Below the pieces are notes generated by a model. The model searched no databases. It saw only the letters and a list, made by a program, of their open reading frames with translations, and had not been told where the DNA came from. Shown here piece by piece: positions 53,048-63,765 of a stretch of 64,000 nucleotides of DNA. Position numbers and translations under genes: made by a program. Origin of the DNA: an uncultured Acidobacteriota bacterium (GTDB taxonomy: Bacteria; Acidobacteriota; Thermoanaerobaculia; UBA5066; DATFVB01). Positions within the stretch are counted from its first letter, which is position 1; every line of letters begins with the position of its first letter. Location: positions 352,001-416,000 of the forward strand of contig CAWEYG010000003.1 in NCBI GenBank assembly GCA_963813155.1. Reading direction: 5' to 3'.

Positions 53048-54037
53048 TTATGCCAGAACCGGCTCGAACAGGCCCGAAAGTTCCGGTGCGTCGCCGTAGC
53101 TCTCGCGGAATCGGTCGGCGAACGCCTCCCGACTCATCCGGGGCGGCTGCGGGCCGACCGATTCGAGGCAGAATGCCGCTGCAACGCTCGCGATCTGCCC
53201 GCAGAACTCCCAGCGGTCTCCCCGCAGCATCCCCTTGAGAAGACCCCCGCGGAACGCGTCTCCCACCCCCGTGGGGTCCGCCGCAGGCGCGCGGAGCCGG
53301 GCCGCCGGAATCCGGAAGGACGCCGAGCCCGACCGGAAACTCGAGCCCTCCGCTCCGTGCGTCACGATCAGCGTCGCCACCCGGGACAAAATCTCCCGTT
53401 CGTCCTTCCCCGTCTTCTGCAGGATGATGCCCCATTCGTAGTCGTTGCAGATCAGGACCGAGGCGCCCTCCATCCCGTCCCACAGGTCTTCCCCGGAGAG
53501 CCGGGCGACCTGCTGCGACGGATCGTAGACGAACGGGATGCCCGCGCTCCGGCAGTCCCGGGCGTAACGCGCCATCGCCGCGGGATCGTTCGGCGAAATG
53601 ATCGCGTACGCGATCTCGGAGGGGTCGCCGTCGACGAGCGAAACCTCCGACGCGCGAGCCATTGCGCCCGTGTAGAAAGAGGCGATCTGGTTCTGCTCGA
53701 GATCGGTCGACACGAAGAACGAGGCCGTGAAAAGGTCGTCGAAGATGCGGAACCCCCCAACGCGAACTCCTTCCGCCGCCAGCCAGTCGCGATACTCCAC
53801 GGCGTCGCGGCCCGCGGCGGCGACGATCCGCGGCTTCTCGCCCAGCAGCGCCAGGCCGTAGGCGATGTTCGGGGCGCATCCGCCGCGCACTTTGCGCATC
53901 TCGTCGACCAGAAAAGAGACGGAGATGTGATGCAGGCGGTCCGGCAGAAAATGCTCGAGGAACCGGCCCGGAAAAGTCATCAGGTAGTCGTACGCGACCG
54001 AACCCGTCACGACGATGTCGCGCCCGCGGACGCTCAC
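53048..54037 (-). CDS. PfkB-family kinase, adenosine-kinase-like
   Basis: TGSVAYD, GGCAPNIAY, DPTGVGDAFRGG. Confidence 0.88.
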   Translation of the reverse strand: MSVRGRDIVVTGSVAYDYLMTFPGRFLEHFLPDRLHHISVSFLVDEMRKVRGGCAPNIAYGLALLGEKPRIVAAAGRDAVEYRDWLAAEGVRVGGFRIFDDLFTASFFVSTDLEQNQIASFYTGAMARASEVSLVDGDPSEIAYAIISPNDPAAMARYARDCRSAGIPFVYDPSQQVARLSGEDLWDGMEGASVLICNDYEWGIILQKTGKDEREILSRVATLIVTHGAEGSSFRSGSASFRIPAARLRAPAADPTGVGDAFRGGLLKGMLRGDRWEFCGQIASVAAAFCLESVGPQPPRMSREAFADRFRESYGDAPELSGLFEPVLA

Positions 54038-54894
54038 GACAGGTAACGCCCGAGAAGCGGAGCGAGCTCCGATCGCAGGGCCGCCGGGATCGAGGCCGCC
54101 GGGGTCAGCACCGCGAAACGGAGCGCCTCGCGGCAGGAACAGGAACGCGCGCCGTCCACGCCGGCCACCGCGTCGAGCAGCGCGGCCTGCGCCCGCTGCG
54201 CGTTCGCCTTCAGCACCGAGAGGATCGTGTCGACCGAGACCGCCTCGGTTCCCTGCCTCCAGCAGTCGTAGTCGGTCACCATCGCCATCGTCGAGTAGCA
54301 GAGCTCGGCTTCCCGCGCGAGCTTCGCCTCGGTCAGGTTCGTCATCCCGATGACGCTCGCGCCCCACGAGCGATAGAGCTCCGACTCGGCGCGCGTCGAA
54401 AACTGGGGCCCCTCCATGCACACATAGGTCCCGCCCTCCGTCACGGCCGCGCCCGCCTTCCGGGTGGACGCCGCCAGCACGCCCGAGAGCGACGGGCAGA
54501 CGGGATCGGCGAGCGAAACGTGGGCGACGACGCCGCGGCCGAAGAACGTGTCCGCGCGAGAGCGGGTGCGGTCGATGAATTGCGCCGGAATGCAGACGTG
54601 CGAAGGCGGCATTTCCTCGCGAAGGCTTCCAACCGCGGCGACCGACAGAACGGCGTCGCATCCGAGAAGCTTGAACCCGAAGATGTTCGCGCGGTAGTTG
54701 ATTTCCGACGGGCTGAAACGGTGACCTCTTCCGTGGCGCGCGAGAAACGCGACCGGCCTGCCGGCGAGGTCGCCGACGACGTACGAATCCGACGGCTCCC
54801 CGAACGGCGTCCGCAGCGCCTCTTCGCGCGCGTTCGCGAGCGCCGCGAGCTCGTACAGTCCGCTTCCCCCGAGAATTCCGATTCGGCCGCTCAA
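54034..54894 (-). CDS. mtnP: S-methyl-5'-thioadenosine phosphorylase
   Basis: GGSGLY, TPFGEPS, RHGRGH, EGPQFSTRAES, VTDYDCW. Confidence 0.92.
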   Translation of the reverse strand: MSGRIGILGGSGLYELAALANAREEALRTPFGEPSDSYVVGDLAGRPVAFLARHGRGHRFSPSEINYRANIFGFKLLGCDAVLSVAAVGSLREEMPPSHVCIPAQFIDRTRSRADTFFGRGVVAHVSLADPVCPSLSGVLAASTRKAGAAVTEGGTYVCMEGPQFSTRAESELYRSWGASVIGMTNLTEAKLAREAELCYSTMAMVTDYDCWRQGTEAVSVDTILSVLKANAQRAQAALLDAVAGVDGARSCSCREALRFAVLTPAASIPAALRSELAPLLGRYLS

Positions 54895-55844
54895 GACACG
54901 CTCCGCTGGTGCTCCGCGATCGCATCGCGGACCTCGAGGGCCAGCGCGAGCGCTTCCCGGCCGTCGCGGCCCGAAACGAGAGGAGGGCCGGAGCCCCGGC
55001 AGGCGCGGACGAAGCCCGCGAGCTCGCGACGAAGAGGCTCCTCGTGGACGACCTCGATCTTCGACGGCACGATGACCGGCTTGCCACCCGGGCCGGGGAC
55101 GAGGGCGGCCGCCGAAATTTCCTGCGATCCCATGTCGATTGAAACGTACCGCGAGGGCCCGAAGACCCGGAACTTGCGCACCTTGTCGGCGGACACCCGC
55201 GACGCCGTGAGATTCGCGACGCAGCCTCCCTCGAAAGCGATCCGGGCGTTGGCGATGTCGATCTTCGGCGTCAGGACCGCGACGCCGGCCGCACGGACCT
55301 CGACGACCGGCCGCCCAACGACGGTCTGCGCGATCTGCAGGTCGTGGATCATGAGGTCGAGCACGACGTCGACGTCGAGCGACCTCGGCGTGAACACCGC
55401 GAGGCGGTGCGTTTCGATGAACCGGGCGCCGGACGCGAGAGGGAGCGCCGCCTCCACCGCGGGATTGAACCTCTCGATGTGACCGACCTGGAGAACGACG
55501 CGCGCCCTGCTCGCCGCCCGGATCAGATCATCGGCCTCCGTGAGAGTCGACGCGATCGGTTTCTCCACCAGAACGTGCCGCCCGGCCGCGAGCGCCGCGC
55601 CCGCGACGTCGCGGTGAGAGATCGTGGGCGTCGAGACGACGATTGCGTCCGAAACGTCGAGCAGCTCCTCCAGCGACCGGCTCGCGGGGAGGCCGAATTC
55701 GCCCGCGACAGCGTCGCGCCGCGCGAAGTCCGAGTCGTAAACCCCGGAGACGACGGCGCCCTCGAGGGCCGAGGCGACGCGGGCGTGGTGGCGGCCGAGC
55801 GATCCGACGCCGGCCACACCGATGCGAAACGCGGGCTCCGTCAC
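54891..55844 (-). CDS. Gfo/Idh/MocA oxidoreductase, GnnA-like
   Basis: GVGSLGRHH, VEKP, QVGHIERFNPA, DLMIHD; directly downstream of lpxA. Confidence 0.85.
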   Translation of the reverse strand: MTEPAFRIGVAGVGSLGRHHARVASALEGAVVSGVYDSDFARRDAVAGEFGLPASRSLEELLDVSDAIVVSTPTISHRDVAGAALAAGRHVLVEKPIASTLTEADDLIRAASRARVVLQVGHIERFNPAVEAALPLASGARFIETHRLAVFTPRSLDVDVVLDLMIHDLQIAQTVVGRPVVEVRAAGVAVLTPKIDIANARIAFEGGCVANLTASRVSADKVRKFRVFGPSRYVSIDMGSQEISAAALVPGPGGKPVIVPSKIEVVHEEPLRRELAGFVRACRGSGPPLVSGRDGREALALALEVRDAIAEHQRSVS

Positions 55845-56623
55845 TTGTGGACGCCCCGCTTCGAGGTCCGGATGAACTCCGCGATGTACACGGCGTCTTC
55901 GTTGGAGGGAAATTCCGCGGCGATGCGCTCGAGGGCCTGCGAGGTATTGAGCTTCGGGGACACGAGGAGGCGGTAGATGCCCTTCAGGGCGTCGATCCGC
56001 TCGTCGGAGAACCCTTTCCTCTTGAGGCCGAGGGTGTTGACCCCGTACGTCTTGACGATGTGGTTGCCGTCGGTCTTGACGAACGGAAGAACGTCCTGGG
56101 ACGCGCCCGTCATCGCCCCCATGAACGCGTGCCGGCCGACTCTCGAGAATTGCTGGATCGCGCAAAAGGCGCCGACGATCGCGTCGTCCCCGATCTCGAC
56201 GTGTCCCGCGAGCGCGGCATAGTTCGCGAAAATCGTACGCGAGCCGACGTGGCAATCGTGCGCGATGTGGATGTAGGCCATCAGGAAATTATCGTCTCCG
56301 ATCGTCGTCACGGCTCCGCCCCCGGCCGTGCCGCGATGAACCGTCGAGAACTCCCGAAACGTGTTTCGCGACCCCACCCTCAGGGTCGTCGGCTCGTTCC
56401 GGTACTTCAGGTCCTGCGGCGCGAACCCCAGGGCCGCGTGAGGAAAGATCCGGTTCTCCTCAGCGAACGAGGACGGCCCCTCGAGAACCGCGTGCGCGCC
56501 GACCGTGCACCCGCGGCCCAGCTCGACGTCCGCGCCGATCACCGCGTACGGCCCGACCTCGACGTCCGGCGCGAGACGGGCCTCGGAAGAAACGATCGCG
56601 GTCGGGTGGATTCGGGAGGCCAT
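55841..56623 (-). CDS. lpxA: Acyl-ACP--UDP-N-acetylglucosamine O-acyltransferase
   Basis: IHPTAIV, PQDLKY, TVHRGT, HIAHDC, LAGHV. Confidence 0.95.
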   Translation of the reverse strand: MASRIHPTAIVSSEARLAPDVEVGPYAVIGADVELGRGCTVGAHAVLEGPSSFAEENRIFPHAALGFAPQDLKYRNEPTTLRVGSRNTFREFSTVHRGTAGGGAVTTIGDDNFLMAYIHIAHDCHVGSRTIFANYAALAGHVEIGDDAIVGAFCAIQQFSRVGRHAFMGAMTGASQDVLPFVKTDGNHIVKTYGVNTLGLKRKGFSDERIDALKGIYRLLVSPKLNTSQALERIAAEFPSNEDAVYIAEFIRTSKRGVHK

Positions 56624-56625
56624 CT

Positions 56626-57066
56626 CTAGCCTCGCCGGTCGACGAAAGAGGAGAGAATCTGCGCCTCCGCGCAGAGCACGCCGTTCACCGTCGCGAGGCC
56701 GCGGCACTTCGAAAGCTTCGTCCGCGCGGAGAGAATTTCGACTTCGAGGCGAAGCTGGTCTCCCGGAACGACCGGGCGACGGAACTTGCACGCATCGATT
56801 CCGGTGAAATACGGGATCCGGGCGTCGCGGTCGGGAAGCGAAACCAGGAGACAGACGGCGGCCGTCTGGGCCATCGCCTCGACGACGAGGACCCCCGGCA
56901 TCACCGGATTCCCGGGAAAATGCCCCTGGAAGAATTCCTCGTTGAACGAGACGTTCTTGAGACCGATGGCCCTCTTGCCGGGCTCCATCTCGAGGATCCG
57001 ATCCACCAGCACGAAGGGATAGCGATGCGGAATGATCTTGAGGATCTCGGTGATTCCCAGCTCCAT
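56626..57066 (-). CDS. fabZ: 3-hydroxyacyl-ACP dehydratase
   Basis: [29 protein letters not shown]. Confidence 0.96.
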   Translation of the reverse strand: MELGITEILKIIPHRYPFVLVDRILEMEPGKRAIGLKNVSFNEEFFQGHFPGNPVMPGVLVVEAMAQTAAVCLLVSLPDRDARIPYFTGIDACKFRRPVVPGDQLRLEVEILSARTKLSKCRGLATVNGVLCAEAQILSSFVDRRG

Positions 57067-57068
57067 GC

Positions 57069-58098
57069 TCAGTCCTTCCTTCCCGACGCGCCGAGCTCTT
57101 CCTCGAGCCGGCGGACCCGTTCCATCAGCTCGGGAAGACGGTCGGCCGCCGCTTCCCGGCGGAGAAAGTCGGCGTGCGGCTCCGCCGGCATGCCGGAGAC
57201 GATCGCGCCGGCCTCGACTTTCCGCATGACTCCCGCCTGCGCGGTGACCGTCGCGCCGTCGCCGATCACCATGCGGTCCGCAACGCCGACCTGCCCGGCG
57301 ATCGTGACTCCCCTGCCGATTCGGGCGGAGCCCGCGATCCCCGCCTGGCCGCACACGATCGAGTGCTCGCCGATCGTCACGTTGTGGCCGACCTGCGCGA
57401 GGTTGTCGATTTTCGTCCCTCGCCCGATGCGGGTTTCGGTGAGCGCCGCGCGGTCGATGCAAGCATTGGCGCCGACGTCCACGTCGTCCTCGAGCACGAC
57501 GATGCCGACCTGGGGGATCCGCCGGTGGCGCTCGCCGTCCCACGCGTACCCGAAGCCGTCCGCCCCGATCACCGCCCCCGGCCCGATCCGGCACCGCGCG
57601 CCGAGGCGGCACCCTCGCTCGATCACCGCGCCGGCGAGAACGCGACACTCCGATCCGATCGCCGCGCCCTCCCCGACGAAGACGTTCGGGCCGAGGGAAA
57701 CGCGATCCCCGATCACGGCCCCGGCTTCCACGACCGCGCCCGGCCCGACCGACACGCCCGTGCCGAGAGCGGCCGACGCCGCGACGCGCGCCGTGTCCGA
57801 AATCCCGGCGACGACGTCTCTTTCCGGGTGCAGGTGCTCCAGAACTTTCGCGATCGCGACGAGCCGGCTTCGGGTGGATCAGGGCCGGCCGCCCGCCGGC
57901 GAGCTCCAGGGCCGGCACGATCAGCGCCCCCGCCCGGCTGTCCCGCGCGTCCGGCGCGTTACGGGCGCCGGCGACGAACGAAAGGTCGGCGGGCCCCGCC
58001 TCGGCCAGAGGCGCGACCCCGCGCAAAACGAGATCGCCGGGGCCGGCGAGCGTGGCGCCCGCAACCCCGGCGATTTCTTCTAAGGAAAAAGGCCTCAC
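57069..58098 (-). CDS. lpxD: UDP-3-O-acylglucosamine N-acyltransferase; apparent frameshift near 57870
   Basis: N-terminal LpxD domain in one frame; [23 protein letters not shown] in the other. Confidence 0.92.
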
Positions 58099-58108
58099 GA
58101 ATCCCGGA

Positions 58109-58735
58109 TTACCGCGATCCCCCGGGCGGCGGAGGAGGCGTCTTGGGCTTTTCCGCCGGTTTGCCGGCCGGAGGCTTCGCCGTCGCGGCGGGCTTCGCCG
58201 CCGGAGCGGGAACGGTGACCTGCGTGTTGAACCGGCGAAGGACCTCGTCGGTGATGTCCACCGACTCGTCGGCGTACACGAGCATCCCCGGGGCGAATTT
58301 GTTGAAGATCAGCGTGTAACCCTTTTCTTTGCCGACCTGGTTGATGACGGGGAGGACGCGCTTCTCGAGCTCCGCGAGCTCCTTCTGCTGGGCCTCCTGG
58401 ACGTCCCGCTGGGCGTCGTCCTGGAAGCGCTTGTACGCGATCCCTTTCTCCTGGTATTCCTTGTTCAGCTGATCGCGCTTGTCGTCGTTCATCGACGGCC
58501 CCTGGTCCGTCAGCCGCTGCTGGAGCGCCTGCAGATCTTTCTGCAGCTTTTCTCCCTCGCCCTGCTTGGAGTCCACGACCTTTTTGACGCGACCCTGGGC
58601 TTCTTTACCGGCGGCCGACTCGACGACCAGCTTTTGAATGTCGATCACCGCGATCTTGGGCGCGCTCGTCTGAGCGGCGACGGGAAGCGCCGCGGCTCCC
58701 GCAATCAAGAAAACAGTCCAAAATTTCATCCCCAC
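58109..58735 (-). CDS. skp: OmpH/Skp periplasmic chaperone
   Basis: Signal peptide, KIAVID, coiled coil, DITDEVL; lies between bamA and lpxD. Confidence 0.9.
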   Translation of the reverse strand: MGMKFWTVFLIAGAAALPVAAQTSAPKIAVIDIQKLVVESAAGKEAQGRVKKVVDSKQGEGEKLQKDLQALQQRLTDQGPSMNDDKRDQLNKEYQEKGIAYKRFQDDAQRDVQEAQQKELAELEKRVLPVINQVGKEKGYTLIFNKFAPGMLVYADESVDITDEVLRRFNTQVTVPAPAAKPAATAKPPAGKPAEKPKTPPPPPGGSR

Positions 58736-58803
58736 TCCTTGTATGTCCGGCCGCTTTCGGGCGGTTTCACGGACGATCTGAGCCTCGTGAAGGCGGAAGG
58801 ATA

Positions 58804-61329
58804 TCAGAATGTCGAGCCGATCGAGAAGTCGAATCCGCTTCGCTTTTGCTTCAGCCGGCGAATCTCAAAACCGAACTGATCGAGCGGATCGATGGGGTGG
58901 AGGTTCCACGAATAGATGAACCGCAGCGGGGCCTGGAAGATCGGCAGCGTCAGCCGCATCTCGAGCCCGGTCGAGGACCTCAGGTCGCCGAGAACGATCG
59001 GCTGGTTCTCGATCCAGGTATTCCCGACGTCGACGAAGGTGAGCACTTTCACGGGGCCGATGTGCGCGAAGATGTATTCCAGGTTGAGGACGGCGTACTT
59101 GTCCCCGCCGAGAATTCGCCCCTGGTCGTCGACGTAAATCCGATTCTTCAGGCCGGATTCGGTGTGAAGGGGAATGATCGACCCGATCGAATAACCGCGG
59201 ATGTTCTGTTCTCCTCCGAGCTGGTACCTCTCGAAGATCGGGAGGTCTCGCCCCGCGAATGGTCTCGCGTACCCCGCTTCGAAATGGAGGCCGAAATACC
59301 GGTTTCGCAGGAAGGGGATGTACGCGGTGCCGCCGATCGACGGCTTGAGGAAGTAGTTCGTGCCCCCGACGCCTGCGTACTCGAGCACGGCCGAGAAACG
59401 CGTGCCTTTCACGGGGTCGAAGGGATCGTCGGTGGAGTCGTAGCGGTAGGCCGGCGAAATCGCCGAAGTCGTCCCGTCCACGAGCGAAGTCGCGAGGTCG
59501 GGAACCGGGAAACCGGGTGGATTCGGAGCGGCCTGCACGGGATAGCGGGAGTGAATCGATTCGAGCCCGTAGCTCACCGAGTAGGTGTCGAAGACCCCGA
59601 GCGAGCGTCCGTAGAAAATCGAGATGCCCTTGCGCCGGTCGTCGATCGAGAGATAGGTCGACTGACGGCTGTAAATCGAGCCTCCGACGGACTGGTCCTT
59701 GTCGAGGAACCACGGCACCGTGTATCCCAGATCGTAAAGGCTCGTGATCTTTCCGATTTGAACGGAGGCGGAGATCGTCTCGCCGCGGCCGAGAAAATTC
59801 CTCGTCGCAAAGGAGAACTGGCCGAAGAAGCCGTCGAAGCCCGAGTAACCGGCCCCGAAGTTCACCTCGTTGCGCGAAGTCTCCTGCCCCTTCACCTGGA
59901 TGTTGACCTTCTTCGCCGCGTTGTCCGGCACGAAAGACGGGTCCTCGCCGAGCTTGAAATATCCGAGCTGGGAAATCTTCAGGACGCTCTTTCGGAAGGA
60001 CTCCATGTCGAGGACCTGGCCCTCGTCGACGACGACCTGGCGGCGAAGGACCTTGTCCTTCGTGCTGGTGTTTCCCGTGAACTCCAGCCGGCCGAGCCGG
60101 AACTGGTCTCCCTCGAACATGCGGACCACGACGTCGACATCGTGCCCCTTCGGGAGAGCCTGGTACTGGGGCTCGCCGAACCAGTAGATGTAGCCCTTCT
60201 TCTTGTACTTCGTCTCGATCTCGGCGAGCCCCTCCTGGAGCCGCGCCCGGGACAACACCTGGCCGGGCTTGCAAAAGCGGAACGCCCGGAGGATCTCGGC
60301 CTTCGTGAATACCTTCGGATCGCCTTCCTCGAGCGCGACGTCGACTTTGCCGAAAAAGAACTTTTCGCCCTCGACGAGCGGAATCGTGATTCGCATCCTC
60401 TTCCGGATCTTCTTCGCGTTCTTCTGGTTCGGGTTCGCAATGAAGATGTCGAGGACGGGGTCCTTCACCACGATGTCCTTGTAGCCGTAGTCCTGGTAGA
60501 GGTGCTTGATCGACTCGACGTCCTCGTCGAAATTCGCCTGGTTGTAGACGGTTTTGTCGGAAAAGACGCGCCAGAGAGAATTGACTTTGGACTTCTTCAT
60601 CGCGAGCCGGATCCGGGACGCGGAGAACACGTGATTCCCCGTGAACCGGATCGAGGCGATCTTGATCTTCTCCCCTTCGTCGATCACGAAGACGAGCTTC
60701 TGCTCCGCTTTCGTCTTGCCCTCGACCTTCCAGTCGATCGTCACCCCGCGGAACCCGTTCTCCGCGTACACGTCTCGGATCGCCTGGGACACGGATGCAA
60801 CGTCCTTCATCGACAGGGGGACGCCGGTCTTGATCGCGGCCTTCTGCTGCGTGAGTTTGTCCCGGATCTGGGTGAGCGCGAGCTTCTTGTTTCCCGTGTA
60901 TTCCACGGAATAGACCGTCGGGCGCTCGACGACGGTGAAAAACAGAGTGACGCCGCCCGGGCCCCGGTCCGCTTCGACCTTCACGTCGTCGAAGAGGTCG
61001 GATTTCCAGAGAGTCTCGAAGTTCTTCTGAATCTTCGCGGGGTCATAGGCATCGCCGACGTGCATCCCGAGATAGAAAAGGACCGTCTCCGCCGAAACCG
61101 TGGAGCTTCCCACCATGCGAACTCCGACGATCGGGGGGCCGGGGGTTGCGGGAGGAGCCGGGATCGCGACGGGGGCCCCGGCAGGCGGAACCGGCGCCGG
61201 AGGAACCGATGGCAGAACGGCCGCGGGCGGCACCGGCTCGGGAACCGGCGGCGGCGGCGCGCTCTGTCCGGGCAACGTCGCCGCGCACAAAATCGCACAA
61301 GCAGCGGCGAGTAAACCGAACCGCTTCAA
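58804..61329 (-). CDS. bamA: Outer membrane protein assembly factor
   Basis: POTRA repeats, NFLGRG, IRGY, terminal Phe. Confidence 0.95.
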   Translation of the reverse strand: MKRFGLLAAACAILCAATLPGQSAPPPPVPEPVPPAAVLPSVPPAPVPPAGAPVAIPAPPATPGPPIVGVRMVGSSTVSAETVLFYLGMHVGDAYDPAKIQKNFETLWKSDLFDDVKVEADRGPGGVTLFFTVVERPTVYSVEYTGNKKLALTQIRDKLTQQKAAIKTGVPLSMKDVASVSQAIRDVYAENGFRGVTIDWKVEGKTKAEQKLVFVIDEGEKIKIASIRFTGNHVFSASRIRLAMKKSKVNSLWRVFSDKTVYNQANFDEDVESIKHLYQDYGYKDIVVKDPVLDIFIANPNQKNAKKIRKRMRITIPLVEGEKFFFGKVDVALEEGDPKVFTKAEILRAFRFCKPGQVLSRARLQEGLAEIETKYKKKGYIYWFGEPQYQALPKGHDVDVVVRMFEGDQFRLGRLEFTGNTSTKDKVLRRQVVVDEGQVLDMESFRKSVLKISQLGYFKLGEDPSFVPDNAAKKVNIQVKGQETSRNEVNFGAGYSGFDGFFGQFSFATRNFLGRGETISASVQIGKITSLYDLGYTVPWFLDKDQSVGGSIYSRQSTYLSIDDRRKGISIFYGRSLGVFDTYSVSYGLESIHSRYPVQAAPNPPGFPVPDLATSLVDGTTSAISPAYRYDSTDDPFDPVKGTRFSAVLEYAGVGGTNYFLKPSIGGTAYIPFLRNRYFGLHFEAGYARPFAGRDLPIFERYQLGGEQNIRGYSIGSIIPLHTESGLKNRIYVDDQGRILGGDKYAVLNLEYIFAHIGPVKVLTFVDVGNTWIENQPIVLGDLRSSTGLEMRLTLPIFQAPLRFIYSWNLHPIDPLDQFGFEIRRLKQKRSGFDFSIGSTF

Positions 61330-61332
61330 CGA

Positions 61333-63765
61333 TCAGTTTTCCTGGACCACGATCTCTTTGTCGCGCGCGGAGACGTCCAGCTCTCCGTCGGTCACCGTGA
61401 CCACGAAGCTTTCGATCTTTTCGTCCCGATCGACGATCAGCGACTCGGAGATTCTGTCCTCGACGTATTTCTGGATCGTCCGGCGGAGCGGGCGCGCGCC
61501 CATGTGGGGATCCTCGCCCGCGCGCGACAACAACCACTCGATCGCTTCGTCGTCGATCGCGACCGACACCTTCTTGTATCGAAGCGTTTCGTTGACGTCG
61601 TCGATGAGAAGCCGGCAGACGCGCCGGAGCTCGTCGTGGGAGAGCGGATGGAAGACGATGACGTCGTCGATGCGGTTGATGAATTCGGGCGAGAAGTCCC
61701 GGCGCAACTCCTTGAGCACCAGGTCCTCGATCTCCCGGTGGGTCTTGCCTTCCTTGACGTCGCCGAAACCCATTCTCGTCTGGCTGACGAGGTGGCGCGT
61801 CCCGATGTTGGACGTCATGATGATCAGGGTGTTCTTGAAGTCGACGACGTTTCCGTACGCGTCGGTCAGAATCCCGTCCTCCAGGATCTGCAGGAGCAGG
61901 TTCGAAATGTCGGGGTGCGCTTTTTCGATCTCGTCGAGCAGAATGACGCTGTACGGATTGCGACGGATCTTCTCCGTGAGCTGGCCCCCCTCTTCGTGGC
62001 CGACATACCCCGGGGGCGATCCGATCAGCTTCGAGACGGCATGCTTTTCCATGAATTCCGACATGTCGAAGCGCACGAGCGATTTCTGGTTCTCGAACAG
62101 GAATTCCGCGAGACGGCGCGCGACCTCGGTCTTTCCGACGCCGGACGGTCCGAGAAAAATGAAGGACCCCATCGGGCGGTTCGGGCTGTTCACGCCGAGC
62201 CGGGAGCGCCGGATCGCCTTCGCGATGGCCGTGACGGCGGGCTCCTGGCCGACGATCCTCTTCCTCAGGGCGTCTTCCATGTGCAGGAGTTTTTCCGCCT
62301 CCTCCATCTGCAGCGAGGAAACGGGGATTCCGGTCCACGAAGAGATGATCTCCTCGATGTCCTGGCGGGTGACTTCCTGGGACGACTCCGGACGCTCGGA
62401 AGACGAGGCCTTGACCCGCTCGATCTCCTCCTTCAGCTCGATCTCCCTCTCGCGGAGAAAAACCGCCTTCTCGAAATCCTTGTCCGAAATCGCCTTCTTC
62501 ATCTCCTTGACGATCTGCTTGATCTCGGTTTCGAGCTTGCGGAGGTTCTGCGTGTCGGCGACCCTCTTGAGCTTGACCTTCGCGCCGGCCTCGTCGAGCA
62601 GGTCCAGGGCCTTGTCCGGGAAAAAACGGTCGGTAATGTAGCGGTTCGACTGGTAGACGGCCGTTCGAATCGCCTCCGAGGAATACCGGACCTTGTGAAA
62701 CTGCTCGTAACGCTCCTTGACGCCCTCGAGGATTTCGAACGTCTCGTTCTCCGAGGGCGGCGCGACGGTGACCGCCTGGAACCGGCGCAGGAGCGAGCGG
62801 TCCTTCTCGATGTACTTGCGGTACTCGCGCATGGTCGTCGCGCCGATGCAGGAGATTTCCCCCCGCGACAGCGCGGGCTTCAAAATGTTCGCCGCGTCGA
62901 GCGATCCTTCCGCGGAGCCCGCTCCGATCAGCGAATGGATCTCGTCGATGAAGATCATGATGTCGCTGTTCTCGCGCAGCTCTTTGAGAATTCCCTTGAG
63001 TCGCTCCTCGAACTGGCCCCGGTATTTCGTCCCGGCCACGATCAGGGAGAGATCGAGCGCGAGGATCTTCTTCGTCGAGAGAAACAGCGGCACCGCGCCC
63101 TCGACGATCCTCGTCGCCAGGCCCTCGACGATCGCCGTCTTTCCCACGCCCGGCTCGCCGAGGAGAATCGGGTTGTTCTTCGTGCGGCGCGAGAGGATCT
63201 GGATGATGCGCTCGACCTCCTTGTCGCGGCCGATCAGCGGGTCGAAGTTGCCGCCGCTCGCCGCGGCCGTGAGGTCCCGGCTGTACTCGGCCAGGAAAGG
63301 AAGCTCCTTCTTCTGCTTGCTCGCCTCGCGATCCTTGATCAGGGAGATCGTCTCCTCGCGAACCCCGTAGAGGTTGAACCCGCGAGCCGTCAGAAGCCTG
63401 CCGGCGACCGACCCGTCGACGCGAAGAATGCCGATCAGCAAATGCTCCGTTCCGACGTACGGGTGAACCATCGACTCCGCCTCGTGGCTCGCATAGGCGA
63501 GGATCTTCTTCGATTCCTCCGAAAGCGGAAGCTCCGCGGTGGACGAGATCCGCTCCACGAAGATCCTGTCCCCCTCGATCTCGCGCCGGATCTCTTCCGG
63601 CTTCACGTTGAAGCGGGAGAAGATCTCCTTGATGATGTCTTCCCCCTCGCGGAGGATGCCGAGCAGGATGTGCTCGGACTCGATCACCTTCGATCCGAGC
63701 TTGGAGGCCTCGTACCGGGCGAAGAAAAGCGCTCGCCTCGCCTTCTCGTTGTATTTTTCAAACAT
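61333..63765 (-). CDS. clpC: ATP-dependent Clp protease ATPase subunit (ClpC type)
   Basis: Clp-N domain, GEPGVGKT, UVR-like linker, GPSGVGKT, GSPPGYVG, GARPLRR. Confidence 0.92.
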   Translation of the reverse strand: MFEKYNEKARRALFFARYEASKLGSKVIESEHILLGILREGEDIIKEIFSRFNVKPEEIRREIEGDRIFVERISSTAELPLSEESKKILAYASHEAESMVHPYVGTEHLLIGILRVDGSVAGRLLTARGFNLYGVREETISLIKDREASKQKKELPFLAEYSRDLTAAASGGNFDPLIGRDKEVERIIQILSRRTKNNPILLGEPGVGKTAIVEGLATRIVEGAVPLFLSTKKILALDLSLIVAGTKYRGQFEERLKGILKELRENSDIMIFIDEIHSLIGAGSAEGSLDAANILKPALSRGEISCIGATTMREYRKYIEKDRSLLRRFQAVTVAPPSENETFEILEGVKERYEQFHKVRYSSEAIRTAVYQSNRYITDRFFPDKALDLLDEAGAKVKLKRVADTQNLRKLETEIKQIVKEMKKAISDKDFEKAVFLREREIELKEEIERVKASSSERPESSQEVTRQDIEEIISSWTGIPVSSLQMEEAEKLLHMEDALRKRIVGQEPAVTAIAKAIRRSRLGVNSPNRPMGSFIFLGPSGVGKTEVARRLAEFLFENQKSLVRFDMSEFMEKHAVSKLIGSPPGYVGHEEGGQLTEKIRRNPYSVILLDEIEKAHPDISNLLLQILEDGILTDAYGNVVDFKNTLIIMTSNIGTRHLVSQTRMGFGDVKEGKTHREIEDLVLKELRRDFSPEFINRIDDVIVFHPLSHDELRRVCRLLIDDVNETLRYKKVSVAIDDEAIEWLLSRAGEDPHMGARPLRRTIQKYVEDRISESLIVDRDEKIESFVVTVTDGELDVSARDKEIVVQEN

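Noticed and set aside
56626-58098. LpxD-FabZ fusion (490-aa ORF)
   Set aside because: The frameshift near 57870 puts the lpxD N-terminus in the fabZ frame; the lpxD body has its own stop at 57069.
9515-58098. Pseudogene calls for iscS, phoH, leuS, lpxD and the metalloprotease
   Set aside because: Single indels with otherwise intact sequence, several in essential genes; assembly error is more likely.
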